From Octopus vulgaris (Eukaryota): a stretch of 64,000 nt of DNA. The translations under genes were made by a program, and so were the position numbers. The notes beneath the pieces are model-generated. The model was not told the origin of the DNA. It saw only the letters and a program-made list of their open reading frames with translations, and ran no database searches. Where the stretch lies: assembly GCA_951406725.2 (NCBI GenBank), contig OX597814.1, positions 167,090,001 to 167,154,000 on the forward strand. The letters are read 5' to 3'. Shown one piece after another: positions 12,126 to 62,905 of the stretch (position 1 is its first letter; the number at the start of each line of letters is the position of its first letter).

Positions 12126-14169
12126 ACAAACAAACAAACAAGCAGCAACAACAAAACAGTAGCATGTGATCACAACAACTGAAAAAGTAACAATGAAAGC
12201 AACAGTAAAATTAGCAATCACAAAAGAAGTAGTAACAGTAATAACAATAACACCAACTGAGGAGGCAACAAAAAAAGAACTGCCTTCAAGGACCACCACA
12301 TCACCCCCAACAATAACAGAACAAAAGGACAAACACGCCCACTCCCCACTTTGAACCAATCAGGTATATCATGTGACAAAGATATTAAGAAAGAGCTCAA
12401 AATGACAGAAAGTGATCAACAATCAAAAAACACACCTACTGGTTCAATATTTAATAGTCATGAGTAAACTGTAACCCACTGTACATTGTGAATGGCATGT
12501 CAACAAAAAAAGACGACCTTGAATTTTTTAGTAGTGTGGCCCACCTGATGATGAGTCATGTCTTTTTGAAAGGTTGCCATACCTGCTGTAAAGGAATAAA
12601 CCTTGATTAAATATTCAGTGTTTGTTACTTTATATCTCCAATGATCAGGTTGACTACATTTGCTCATACAAATAAGAAAACAATCTTGGTGAAACATATG
12701 AAATATACTGATAGGTTGTGTAATAAAGAAGCTTTTTATGCAACCGCGTAGCTTTGGGTTCACTCCCATTTGGGCAAGCATCTTCGGCTATAACTCCAGC
12801 CTTACCAATGCTTTGTGAGTAAATTTGGTTGACAGAAATTGTGTGGAAGCCCATTATATCTACCATCTCTCTCCTGCTCTCCTTTGCATTCTTGCTGTCT
12901 CTCACTCTCTCTCTTTCCCTTGTTTTTCCCTCTGGCTGGGTAACCATGTATCTCCTCTAATCCTTGACCCCCTCCTCTCTCTTTCCTTTTCTTGCTGGGT
13001 AACCACGTGTCTCCTTTACAAAAGCATATCTGCTTCTGTTCCCCTTCTTGTTAACTCTCTCTCTCTAGCTGGGTAGCCATGTACCTCCTCTACAGCATGA
13101 CACAACAGAAATCTGGTGCAGTTTTTTGCCTGGGCCAGCTCCTGTCAAACCATCCAACCCATGCAAGCATGGGAGGCAGACGTTAAACGATGATGATGAT
13201 GTGTGTGTGTTTGCGTCTGTGTTTGTGAGCCCTTCTCCCTGACAACTACTGTTGGTTTGTTTCATCCTAATAGTTCTGCAAAAGAACAAAAAAAAAAAAA
13301 GAAGTTCCAGGGTCAATTCCTCCAACTAAAACTTTTCAAGGCAGTGCCCCAGCATGGCCACAACCAATGATTGAAAAAAAAGATATCATTCTGTTAGCAA
13401 CAACTAAGTCAACTTTGTCTTTCATCCTTTTGGTGGGTGATAAAATAAAAACCAGTTGAGAACTGGCGATGATGTAAAACCCCTCCTCAAAATTTTAGGC
13501 CTGGTGCCTATAATAAAAAGAATTATTATTATCATTAATATCATTTATACCAGGCCATTAGAAATAACATGACAGTAAACTATATTTCATAAAACTTTGG
13601 GTACCAGTGCTATTTTCCTTTGATCTTTGGCAAAGATTGAACTTATACTCTAACCCTAATTAGAGTAATAGATTATCAAAACCATATACTTTCAGGCATG
13701 ATGCAAAACAGTACAAATGATTGATTTGGGGAAAAGAAAATTCTTTTTTTTTTTTCGCAAAAATCAGCAGCAAGATCCAATCAAATAGAGTACTGGATTC
13801 GATGTTTTACCTTCTTTAATTCAAAGCCTCCACTGTTCAGAAATCAAATCTCACAGAAATTAGCTTTGTCTTCACATTCTTTTGAGGTCAATAAAATATA
13901 TGAAGTGTGAAATAGTTTTAATTACTTATAATTATGGATTTCTTGTGCAAATCTGTTTGAGAGATAAATCAGATACAGGACATCAGATGTATCTTAGTTT
14001 TATGGCCGGTCATCATTATCGTGAGGAATTTAGTATTTATTTGAAACATGTGATTCCTATTTTAAATATAGCAAAATTAAGTCATTGGCACATGTGTGGC
14101 TGTGTTCTTTCCAAAACTTCACCTATCTATCACTTCATCCTTGATGTATTTCTCCATCTATTTTTGAGT

Positions 14170-14860
14170 CTTGTGGTGTGCAAGAGAGACGACTGCACTA
14201 GTATGGTTTATGTGTTACATATGGATGAGGACAGCTGTGTAAAGAAGTGCCAATCTCTAACAGTGGAAGGAACTTGTGGAAGAGGTAGACCCAGGAAGAC
14301 CTGGGATGAGGTGGTGAAGCACGACCTTCAAACATTGGGCCTCACTGAGGCAATGACAAGTGACTGAGACCTTTGGAGATACGCTGAGAAGACCCAGCAA
14401 GCTAAGTGAGATCGTAGCTACGGCCTTTGCCAGTGTCACATAACCGGCCCATTTAAGAGTTTCCTTCAATTGTCAAGCAATGTGCTGAGCTTGAGAAGAC
14501 CTATTAAGTCAAGTAAAATAGCTGTCATGGCCAATGCCAGTGCCGCCTGACTGACACCCATGCTGGTGGCACGTAAAAAGCACCATATGCGTGTGGTCAA
14601 TGCCAGTGCTGCCTGACTGACTCCTGTGCTGGTGGCATGTAAAAGGCATCATTCAAGCATAGCTGATGCCAGTACCACCTGACTGGCACATAAAAAGCAC
14701 CCACTACACTCTCAGAATGGTTGGCATTAGGAAGGACATCCAGCTGTAGAAACCTTGCCACATCAGATTGGAGCCTGGTGCAGCCTCTTGGCTTGCCAGT
14801 CCTCAGTCAAACCATCCAACCAATGCTAACATTAAACGACGATGATGATGCTGATGAAAT
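14170..14860 (+). mobile_element. RTE LINE 3' fragment (decayed)
   Basis: MDEDSCVKKCQSLTVEGTCGRGRPRKTWDEVVKHDL plus minisatellite and tail homologous to 17491-18685. Confidence 0.85.
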
Positions 14861-16008
14861 CATCATCATCAATCATTTTAGCATCCAATTTTCCAGGCTT
14901 GCATGGGTCAGATGGGATTGAAGCATATTTTCTATGGGTAGATGCCCTTCCTGTTGTCAATCCTTTTGTTTCTAAGCAAGGTAATATTTCCTCAAGGTCA
15001 GATATGTTTACACATGCAAAACATTGGAAATGAATGACACTGCATATTGACAGTGATATATACTCACAACTATCACAAAATGTCAAGACATGCACACACA
15101 CACACACACACAGATATACAATGGGCATCTTTCAGTTTCTGTCTACTAAATCCATTCACAAGGCTTTTGTCAGTCTAGGGCCATAGTAGAAGATATTTGT
15201 CCAATGTGCCATGCAGTAGGACTGAACCTGAAACCATGTGGTTGAGGAGCAAATTTTTTAACCACACAGCCACACATGTGCCTAGTCACTACAATACAAA
15301 CCAACTTCTAACTTGCCTTACTTTTGTCTTGAGCCTCTTCTTCTAAATTCACTCAATAAAAAAGCAAAGTATACATAGTTCCAAACTGGATTTGAACTCG
15401 GAACCTTCATTTTTAAAGTAAAGGATACAGTCCAAAGGTTATAATCTTATAACAACCAAGACGGTCAGATGGCAAAACCTGTAGAGCAGCAGACAAAATA
15501 AACTTATAGTATTTGGTTATGTACCTTTACATTCTAAGTTCAAACCCCATGCAGATACACTTGATAAAAATAAATACCAGTTGATAAGACAAGTACTTAA
15601 GTGTAAGTGACTAGAATGCTGAGACCCAATATGACAGAATATAACCTATATTGACACTTTATTCCCATTTAGTAACTCACTGAAACTAAATGGAATGGTC
15701 ACGACTGGAATGCCTTTCATTATATAGGTGTGCTCAATGAGAGCTGACTTGGAGATGAACAAAACAACTCACATATAGATCCAATTTTCAGCCAAATAAA
15801 GGTCTTAAAATTATCTGAATGAATAAAATACTGAAAGGCTTATACTAATCTTATTAACGACAACAACGTTCCCCTCAAAATGTAAACTACTCTTTCCCTC
15901 ACATATTCCAATTCTTCTCATACTACAAAGAAATATAATATAATGGACCTTAATCCTTTCACATATGCTACTAATCTATAATTGATATAAGTAAATATCA
16001 ATATTTCT

Positions 16009-16225
16009 TACCTCATACATATTTACAAAGCAAAACAAGTCAGGGTGTGAATCTACTCAGATCCTATCAGCTTTGATAAACCAAACTTATTCATCTACAC
16101 AAAGGAGTATGAGTTAAGAAGCTGTTTTCTTACTCATTTGTGTAAATATTAAGTTTGGCTATATCAAGGCTGACAGAATCCAAGTAGATTGACACTCTGA
16201 TATTTTGCTTTGTATGTATGAGGTA
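16009..16225. repeat. Imperfect fold-back (about 215 bp)
   Basis: TACCTCATACA..CAAAGCAAAA..TCAGGGTGTGAATCTACT..TCAGCTTTGATA..CCAAACTTA mirrored by TAAGTTTGG..TATCAAGGCTGA..AGTAGATTGACACTCTGA..TTTTGCTTTG..TGTATGAGGTA. Confidence 0.8.
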
Positions 16226-16742
16226 CCGTAAATCCTCAAGTATAGTCCACCCTTGAGTATAATATGCAGGGGATTTTTAGGAGGCTGTGCCTCTGAAAAA
16301 CCTAAACCTTGTGCATAATACGCACCCCTTCTCTAACTTGAGTTAAGGAGGTCTATATAACGTACTTGGTTTGTAAAAAATGTATACGGTAACGTCCTTT
16401 ATTATTATTGTATATATAACATAATGCAAACATGTAGCTTTTTTGTGCATTTTGTTTGCAGAAAATAAAGAAATAACAGTAATAACGTTTAATAAATGTT
16501 GCTTACTGCAAGTTATGGATGATTCTTTTATGACTTCATTGCTTTCAGGCTTAGCTTAAGGTATTTTCACGCCTGACATCAACAAAATGCATCTGAATAA
16601 ACATTGTTGGACAGCAAATAGAGACTAGGACATTGCTTAGAAAATAATTTTCATTTTTAACCTTGTATATAGTACGCACTAGGGATTTTGACCATTAAAT
16701 TTTGGGGAAAAAAATGCGGATTATACTCGAGGATTTATGGTA
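16224..16742. mobile_element. Pogo/Tc2-like MITE, copy 1 (opposite orientation to copies 2 and 3)
   Basis: TIR CCGTAAATCCTCGAGTATA(A/G)TCC with TA flanks; homologous to 36224-36729 and 62380-62905. Confidence 0.85.
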
Positions 16743-17490
16743 CATTCCAAGAGTTCCATGACTTTTTTTAGGAGAAGCAGTTATAACAGTCCTAGATTGT
16801 TGTTATTTTCATATATCTTTACTATATATTTAATAACCTGACTTGCCAATTTTTGTTATTCCAAATTGAAGGAGACAGCTGTAACAGCACTCTCAATACA
16901 CCCTACTAAACACTTCTTGTCACAACTGATTAGTTTGCAGAATACAGCCGAGATATTTGGAAACTCACTGTGCAGTAAAGTTTTGTGTTAAACTGGGCAA
17001 AAATGCAACAGAAACTTATGAAATGCTCTAGACTGTATATGGATTAACTTTTTTACTGGTACAAGAGATTCAAGGATGGTAGAGAAGAGGTGAGAGACAA
17101 TGAGAGGTGTGGAGGGAGAGGGACGTCAGAACATAAGAGCTGGTCGAAAAAATTTGCAATTTTCTAGATGAAGCATGTTGTGTGGCTATAAAGACAATAA
17201 GCATACAGTTTGGAGTTAGTGTGGCAATTGTAAAAGAAAATTATTCATGAAGGTCTGAACGTATGCAAAATGTGTGCAAAGTTTATAGGCGCAGGAGTGG
17301 CTGTGTGGTAAGTAGCTTGCTTACCAACCACATAGTTCCAGGTTCAGTCCCACTGCATGGCACCTTGGGCAAATGTCTTCTACTATTTCCTTGGGCCGAC
17401 CAAAGCCTTGTGAGTGGATTTGGTAGACGGAAACTGAAAGAAGCCCGTCGTATATATATATATATTTATATATATATATATATATATATA

Positions 17491-18685
17491 TACCCATGCT
17501 ACATGGTAGTGAAACATGGGCTGTGACTGCTGAGGATATGCGTAAGCTTGCAAGAAATGAAGCCAGTATGCTCCGATGGATGTGTAATGTCAGTGTTCAT
17601 AATCAACAGAGTGTAAGTACCTTGAGAGAAAAGTTGAACCTAAGAAGCATCAGTTGTGGTGTGCAAGAGAGACGTCTGCGCTGGTATGGGCATGTGACGA
17701 GAATGGGTGAAGATAGTTGTGTGCAAAAGTGCCAATCCCTAGCAGTTGAGGGAACCTGTGGAAGAGGTAGACCCAGGAAAACCTGGGACGAGGTAGTGAA
17801 GCATGACCTTCGAACTTTAGGTCTCACCAAGGAAATGACTAGAGACCGAGACCTATGGAAGTATGTTGTGCGTGAGAAGACCCGGCAAGACCAGTGAGAA
17901 CAGTCAAAATCAAACCAAATCAACATCAGTGGAAATTGCAGCTGTGGTTAAGCGAACCATCCGATCGTTTGTCCGTTGCCAGCCTCGCCTGGCCCCCGTG
18001 CCGTTGGCACGTAAAAGCACCATCCGCTTGTGTCCGTTGCCAGCCTCGCCTGGCCCCCATGCCGTTGGCACGTAAAAGCACCATCCGCTCGTGTCCATTG
18101 ACAGCTTCGCCTGGCCCCCGTTCCGGTAGCATGTAAAAGCACCATCTGTTCGTGTCCGTTGCCAGCTTCGACTGGCCCCCGTGCCGTTGGCATGTAAAAG
18201 CACCAACCGCTTGTGTCCATTGCCAGCCTCGCCTGGCCCCCGTGCCAGTAGCAAGTAAAAGCAGCATCCGTTCGTGTCCGTTGCCAGCCTCGCCTGGCCC
18301 CCGTGCCGGTAGCACGTAAAAGCAGCATCCATTCGTGCCTGTTGCCAGCCTCGCCTGGCCCCCGTGCCGGTAGCACGTAGAAGCACCATCCATTCGTGTC
18401 CGTTGCCAGCCTCGCCTGGCCCCCGTGCCGGTAGCACGTAAAAGCACCATCCGTTCGTGGCCGTTTGCCAGCTTTGTCTGGCACCTGTGCAGGTGGCACG
18501 TAAAAAGCACCCACTACACTCACGGAGTGGTTGGCGTTAGGAAGGGCATCCAGCCGTAGAAACACTGCCAAATCTGACTGGGCCTGACGAAGCCTCCCGG
18601 CTTCACAGACCCCAGTTAAACCGTCCAACCCATGCTAGCATGGAAAACGGACGCTAAATGATGATGATGATGATGATGATGATAT
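17491..18685 (+). mobile_element. 5'-truncated RTE-clade LINE: RT C-terminus, minisatellite 3'UTR, (GAT)n tail
   Basis: ORF 17496-17897 with HGSETW, RRLRWYGHVTRM and GRGRPRKTW; 61-bp VNTR; conserved tail GGCGTTAGGAAGGGCATCCAGC..CCCATGCTAGCATGGAAA..(GAT)n. Confidence 0.9.
17958..18510. repeat. Minisatellite, about 9 x 61 bp, in the RTE 3'UTR
   Basis: Unit CCATCCGTTCGTGTCCGTTGCCAGCCTCGCCTGGCCCCCGTGCCGGTGGCACGTAAAAGCA; starts at about 17958, 18020, 18081, 18142, 18203, 18264, 18325, 18386, 18447. Confidence 0.95.
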
Positions 18686-18789
18686 ATATATATGGCCTGG
18701 TGCAGCCTTCGGGCTCCCCAGACCCCAGTTGAACCGTCCAACCCATGCTAGCATGGAAAGCGGATGTTAAATGATGATGATGATGATGA

Positions 18790-18850
<61 letters not shown>

Positions 18851-19980
18851 GTGTGTGCGTGTGTGTATTTTTGCGTGTCTTTGTTTGTCCCCACAACATC
18901 GCTTGACAACTGATGCTGGTGTGTTTACATCCCCGTTACTTAGCAGTTCGGCAAGAGATATTAATAGAATAAGTACAAGGTTTACAAAGAATAAGTCCTG
19001 GGGGCGATTTGCTTGACTAAAGGCAGTGCTCCAGCATGGCCACAGTCAAATGACTGAAACAAAAAAAAAATAAATAAAAGAAAAAAGTGAGCTCAGTAAT
19101 TAGCATCCTGATAATCAACTACCAGACAGAAATAAGCATCAAAACTGTCCTTCACCCTCCCTACAGTTCAGATTTTGCTATCTGTGAATTTTTATTGTTC
19201 CCCAGGCTGAAGAAGAGCTTCAGTGGGGCAGTCATTTTGAAGAGGAATGAAGTTGTTAAAGGGTCTCAGACATCTTCACTTTGGAAGATTTCTATGGGAC
19301 TTCATTAAGTGGTTGAAGCAATTCAACAAGTGCATTGAAGTCAGAGGCCCTATTTTGAAGGAGATTAGAGTTTTGTACTTGTTTGAAGCTAATAAATGTC
19401 TCTATTGAAAAAAAGTCTGAAAACTTCTGGAATGCATCTTGTATGTTTACTCTTTTGATATAGATTTTAAAAACAAAATTCCTTCACAAGAAGAGTAGAT
19501 GTGAATTTGCACACATTTTGTTTATTTGATTGAAAACTTAACTAATTTTAATATTACAGTATTGACTAGACCATCAAATACCATTATACACTGCTGGCCA
19601 CAATGCGCTTTCAGTTCTGTCATGATTGCGCCATTCTTTTCCATCTTGGCCCAAATTGCTTGACTAAATTGTCTTCACAGGTCCACCTGTTGTTTGTGAG
19701 CCTTGTGACATGTCTGGCCCAGCAGAAATTGTGCTTTTGGTACTCAGCAATCACATCAGTCACTCTGCTCCATTCATTTCAAAAGCACTCTCTTAATGAT
19801 ATTCTCAGCACGGATTTTTCCATGGCCCTTTGTATCATAGCCAATCAATGTTCCATCCTCTTCATAGTCAAATAACTTTGTAGTGGGTTTTACAAATAAA
19901 CACATAGAAAAAATATTTTACATAAATATAATCTAAAACAAATTCCAAAATACAATAATTCAACAGTGTTTTTTTTTTAA

Positions 19981-20026
19981 TCACAACAAAATTGATATTC
20001 TCATTGTTATATATAAAAAGTTTATT
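19981..20026 (-). terminator. Candidate CDK10 polyadenylation signal
   Basis: Minus-strand AATAAA at 20026-20021 followed about 30 nt later by a U/GU-rich element (TTTTGTTGTG); would give a 3'UTR of about 1.2 kb. Confidence 0.35.
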
Positions 20027-20661
20027 AACATATTTTCATTTTGTAGTTTTTAAATTAATTGCCAAATTCAACCATTATAACATAGGTTGAATTTCATACA
20101 TGTTTGTAATATTCTTTTCAATTGTATATGTTTTTGTAGTGGAAGTTCCTTCTTAACAAACAAAAGTAATGTTTGGAAGAAAGATAGTGTTGGTGAAGAC
20201 AAAAAAAAACATAGATTAGTGCTGATATCTTTCAAAGTTGAACCACACTGGGAAAGTTGATAAGAGTGTTTGCTTCTCAGCTGAAAAATCACAACATCAT
20301 GTCCTGTCACTGATATTAGCCTGGGTAAGAATATATAACCTCACTCACTCACTCTCTCTCTCTCTTTCTTACTTAACAGCAGAAAGTACATTTAAGTGGT
20401 GTAGCACTGAAATCCCAGGAAAATATAGAATGATTTCATAATCCATAATGATGAGATCAAATATTCTCAGCAAATGATAATGGAAAGTTCTAATCACTGG
20501 CATGGCATTTGTAACTTGAGAAAGATATTAAAAAAAAAAATTTAATCCTGTTCTCCACATAGCTGGAAGCTGAGCAGGTAAGAAAAGAACTGAAGTAATG
20601 AATTAACTGAAGACTGGTAAATAGTGAGTGAATGTTTCCACATGAAAATATCTCAATATTT

Positions 20662-20878
20662 ATTTCTTTATTGCCCACAGGAGGCTAAACATAGAGGGGA
20701 CAAACAATGACTGACAAAGGTATTAAGTCGATTACATTAACTCCAGTATGTAACTGGTACTTATTTAATCGACCTCGAAAGGATGAAAGGCAAAGTCGAC
20801 CTCAGAACATAACGGCAGACAAAATACCGCTAAGCATTTCGCCTGGCGTGCTAACGTTTCTGCCAGATCACTGCCTTG
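20662..20878 (-). mobile_element. SINE family 2 inside the predicted CDK10 3'UTR
   Basis: Homology to 11072-11300. Confidence 0.8.
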
Positions 20879-21191
20879 AAAATAACTCAATATTACAAAC
20901 TTTCAATTTACAATTACACTGTGGGGAAAAAAATCAATTTAACCATTTAAGAATATACAAAAACTGTTATAGTTTTGTTCTTAAATGGCTAATATGTCTA
21001 TTCCACGAAGTAATTGTTTTAGTTTCTACTCAGCTCCAGTTCTTTGACAAACAAAATGAGCACTAAATTCAGACATCAGATCTGGTATGGTAGCAATAAA
21101 TATTTCCCATGTCTTCTTTGAAGAAAACATTATTTAGTTTTGACATAAAGATTGGTACTACATGAAATGTATTGCATTTAGTGTTGGGTTC

Positions 21192-59660
<38,469 letters not shown>

Positions 59661-60384
59661 TTTTATCCACTGGTTGCAGCTAGATTATGGCACCTGAGAG
59701 AAATAAATAGATTAGAGCTAAATTTCAGAGATAGTCAAGTCATCTAAAAATATTACTTTTACATCATTTGACATTATACAGAATGTATTCAAAATTTACA
59801 AAGTGGAGTTAATTTACAGAGAAGCCTGATGATTCAGGGAAGGTCTTTCATTGTGAGCTGATTGTAATTACTGTTTATTGATACAGACTATCTCTAGTTC
59901 TCTTGGATTTTAATATCTTACTTTCACATTTTGAATTTAATCAGAGAGTTACTCATGTAAAAACAGTCACAAAGATAAGAGAACTTTTTTCATTTATAGA
60001 ATAATTTCATTGCTGAATGCTAATTTAGTATAGAGAAATTAGTTTTTAAAGAATTCTTGTGTAAGGAGGCAAAACGTGTAATTTCAATCCAAAATTTGAT
60101 TTGTTTTGTTTCAAAAAGAAACTGGTTTCATTTATCCATATTATTTATTGCATAGCTTCCAGGAATTTTTAAATCCTATTGTTGACATAGTATATCAATA
60201 TAATGACAATAAACGGATGTAAGAGAATTATGAGGAAGAAAGCTCAAATCTTGTGGAACACAGAATCTCATGGTTTTGATCATATTCTAGATCCAAAGGA
60301 GAGGACTAATGTAGTTAGAAAATTAATCAACTTTAGATGTAACAGAACTGACAGATGTGCTGTTCATTCAAATCAAATTAGTTT

Positions 60385-60666
60385 CTGATATCACGGTATT
60401 GACCAGACTATCGAATGTTGCTTATATCGCCCGTCGCAATGCGTTTCGAATTGTTTCAGCGTTCGAATAACGCCAACCCGCTGGCTAGGCGAACAGGCCA
60501 ACACTCACTCTAATCAGAAAGCTATTCCGTCAGCCGAGTGGACTGAAGCAACGGGAAATTAAGTGTTTTGCTCAAGAACACAAAGTACCGCCCAGTCCGG
60601 ATATCGAACCCATGATTATCTAGCGATCGTGAGTGCAATAGCCTAATCACTAGGCTACACGCCTTT
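60385..60666 (-). mobile_element. tRNA-derived SINE
   Basis: Minus strand GGCGTGTAGCCTAGTGATTAGG..GGGTTCGATATCC..GTGTTCTTGAGCAAAACACT. Confidence 0.65.
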
Positions 60667-60980
60667 GCAGTTACTGATATAATACCTCTTAATAAGAAAA
60701 TAACAATCGTTAATATGTTGTCAACATAGTTGGAGACATCAGGGTAGTAAAAATGTGAAGCAGACGATAGGGAATGTAACTAGATAAGTGTTTGTTAAAC
60801 GGTGCACAGCATGGGTATCTAGTTGCACGTTTTAAACAAATATAAAGGCATTAGAAAACCCATACTAATAAAAAAGAAGCGATTCACAAGTATGATTGGC
60901 AATATTTTCAGAAATATGCACCTATAACAAAAGACCACCGCTTGACTAATAAAACAAGGAAAATAAATAGCTTTGCCTTT

Positions 60981-61140
60981 ACTTCTTCGAGGTTGAAAAA
61001 TGAGGAAGTGAATTCTGGAGCTGAATTTTCCCGAGTAACTTTATTCTAATGAGAATACAATGATTATTGATGACAAAACATAAAGACAACACTTTTGGAG
61101 GTAGAAAGCGAGAAACAATTCCGGCAGGAAATTAAAATTT
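60981..61140 (-). promoter_or_regulatory. Candidate CDK10 non-coding first exon and promoter
   Basis: Minus-strand donor GAA|GTAAAG at 60982, ETS-like CCGGAA near 61120, unique sequence; an upstream UTR exon is implied by the acceptor above 59693. Confidence 0.3.
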
Positions 61141-61956
61141 GGATGAGGGAATCTATCAGTGACAATTTTAAGATGTAAATATTAGGAAATTTAAAATATG
61201 AGCTTCGAAATGTATGTATATTTTGTCCCTAACCTTACAGATAATTTATAGACATGCTTAAACCAACTGAATTATCACAGTGCACTAAGAACACCACAAA
61301 TACACAAACCTTCGGAAGAAAACGAACTTTCTTTCCAGTAAAACATTTTCTCTTCTAACATTGTGCAGAAGTCATTTGGAATTATCCCCCTTCGCAAGTG
61401 ATAGCTTTAAAAATCCCCTGTGAATATATTTACCTGTTTTTTTCCTGTATGACTGGCCAAGGGCAACCAATAAATTTTTAGAGTTTAAATTTGCTCCCAA
61501 CCTATATAGAATTCTTTTTTTAAATGTCTTCAGTATTTTTAAATGCTGCTATCAGCTCCTTATCTGGTTCACCCGAATATATCCATTACTGGTGGCTCAG
61601 GAAGTTTAAGCATTTGAAAATAAATTATTGAAAATTTCACCAAATTTACAAATTATTTCTGAACAGGTAAAGAGTAACTAAATTTCTGAGTGAATAGTTA
61701 GTAAATGGTTTTGCTCAAAATGTTATGTAATAAAAGGTAAGAAACTAGTATAGGTTTAGTATATGAAATTAGAATAAAGTTAGAATAAGTTTTAGTAACT
61801 ATTATTTATATGAAGTAAATATAAGACTCCGGCATATTCCATAAGGTGAATAATTTTAATTTATAAGAAAGGTAGAAGCTAGGTGAGTTATTATGTTTTT
61901 ATTTAGCTCAAGTCAACCACGACTGAACAAACTACAACGTCCCATCCTTTTCTCAA

Positions 61957-62292
61957 ATGGCTGTGGTTAGAGCGCTGAGCTCACAATCATGAGGCAGCAA
62001 GTTTGATTCCCAGACCGGGCTATGTGTTGTGTTCTTGGGCAAGACACTTTATTTTACATTGCTCCAGTTCACTCTGCTGTAGAAATGAGTTGCAACATCA
62101 TCGGTGCCAAGCTGTAGTGGTGTTTACCTTTCTCTTGGATAACATTGGTGGCATGGATTGGTGAGGCTGGTATGCATGGGCGACTGCTGGTCTTCCTTAA
62201 ACAACCTTACCTGGACTTGTGCCTCTGAGGGTAACTTTCTAGGTGCAGTGCCATGGTCATTCATGACCAGAGGGAGTTTTTACCCTTTACCC
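61957..62292 (+). mobile_element. tRNA-derived SINE
   Basis: TGGCTGTGGTTAGAGCG..GTTTGATTCCC..GTGTTCTTGGGCAAGACACT; (TTTACCC) tail. Confidence 0.65.
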
Positions 62293-62379
62293 AAGAAGAC
62301 CAATGTTTTGAGATGCAGTTTTTCTATGAATTGTTTGTAGCAAATCATAATTTATGACAGTGTCATGAGACTCAGCATC

Positions 62380-62905
62380 TACCGTAAATCCTTGTGTATA
62401 ATCCACATTTTTCCCCCAAAATTTAAAGGTCAAAATCACTAGTGCGTACTATATACGAGGTTAAAAATGAAAAATATTTTCTAAGCAATGTCCAAGTCTC
62501 TATTTGCTGTCCGGCAATGTTTATTCAGACGCATTTTGTGATGTCGGACGCAAAAATACCTTAAGCTAAGCCTGAAAGCAATAAAGTCATAAAAGAATTA
62601 TCCATAACTTGCAGTAAGCAACATTTATTAAAATAAAAGTATTCAGAACACAGAATAACATATAACAAAAACAATTTGCAAACATATTTACATTCCCATA
62701 TAACAGTTAAGAACATCACCATTGTTGTATTACACATGCACAGAAGTGTTTGTTTGACTAGGTGCTGCTGGCTTCATTATGTATGACTCAAGTTAGCGAA
62801 GGGGTGCGTATTATACACAAGGTTTAGGTTTTTCAGAAGTACAGCCCCCTAAAAATCCCCTGCTTATTATACTGAAGGGCGGACTATATTCGAGGATTTA
62901 CGGTA
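62380..62905. mobile_element. Pogo/Tc2-like MITE, copy 3
   Basis: Same TIRs and TA flanks; closely similar to copy 2. Confidence 0.85.

Larger units (their letters stand above)
17288..19085 (+). mobile_element. tRNA-derived SINE family 1 (octopus-type), split by an RTE insertion in its internal (TA)n
   Basis: Head GGCGCAGGAGTGGCTGTGTGG (A box) .. GGTTCAGTCCC (B box); 3' half resumes at about 18850. Confidence 0.85.
16741..19443 (+). mobile_element. Internally deleted mariner, interrupted by a SINE/RTE stack
   Basis: AVKFCVKLGKNATETYEML, WYKRFKDGRE and KMCAKF before 17287; HPPYSSDFAICEFLLFPRLKK after 19085; imperfect TIRs CATTCCAAGAGTTCCATGACTTTTT / AAAAAGTCTGAAAACTTCTGGAATG. Confidence 0.75.

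Noticed and set aside
12123-12400. Thr-rich mucin-like ORF
   Set aside because: Decayed (CAA/TAA)n low-complexity tract after a SINE tail; no splice or domain support.
13882-14367. 161-aa ORF as a host gene
   Set aside because: Its C-terminal part is RTE RT remnant and the N-terminal part is chance read-through.
17910-18628. Long overlapping minus-strand ORFs (175-226 aa) and a CRISPR-like periodicity
   Set aside because: Produced by a 61-bp minisatellite that lacks stops on that strand; there are no unique spacers and no cas genes, and the context is eukaryotic.
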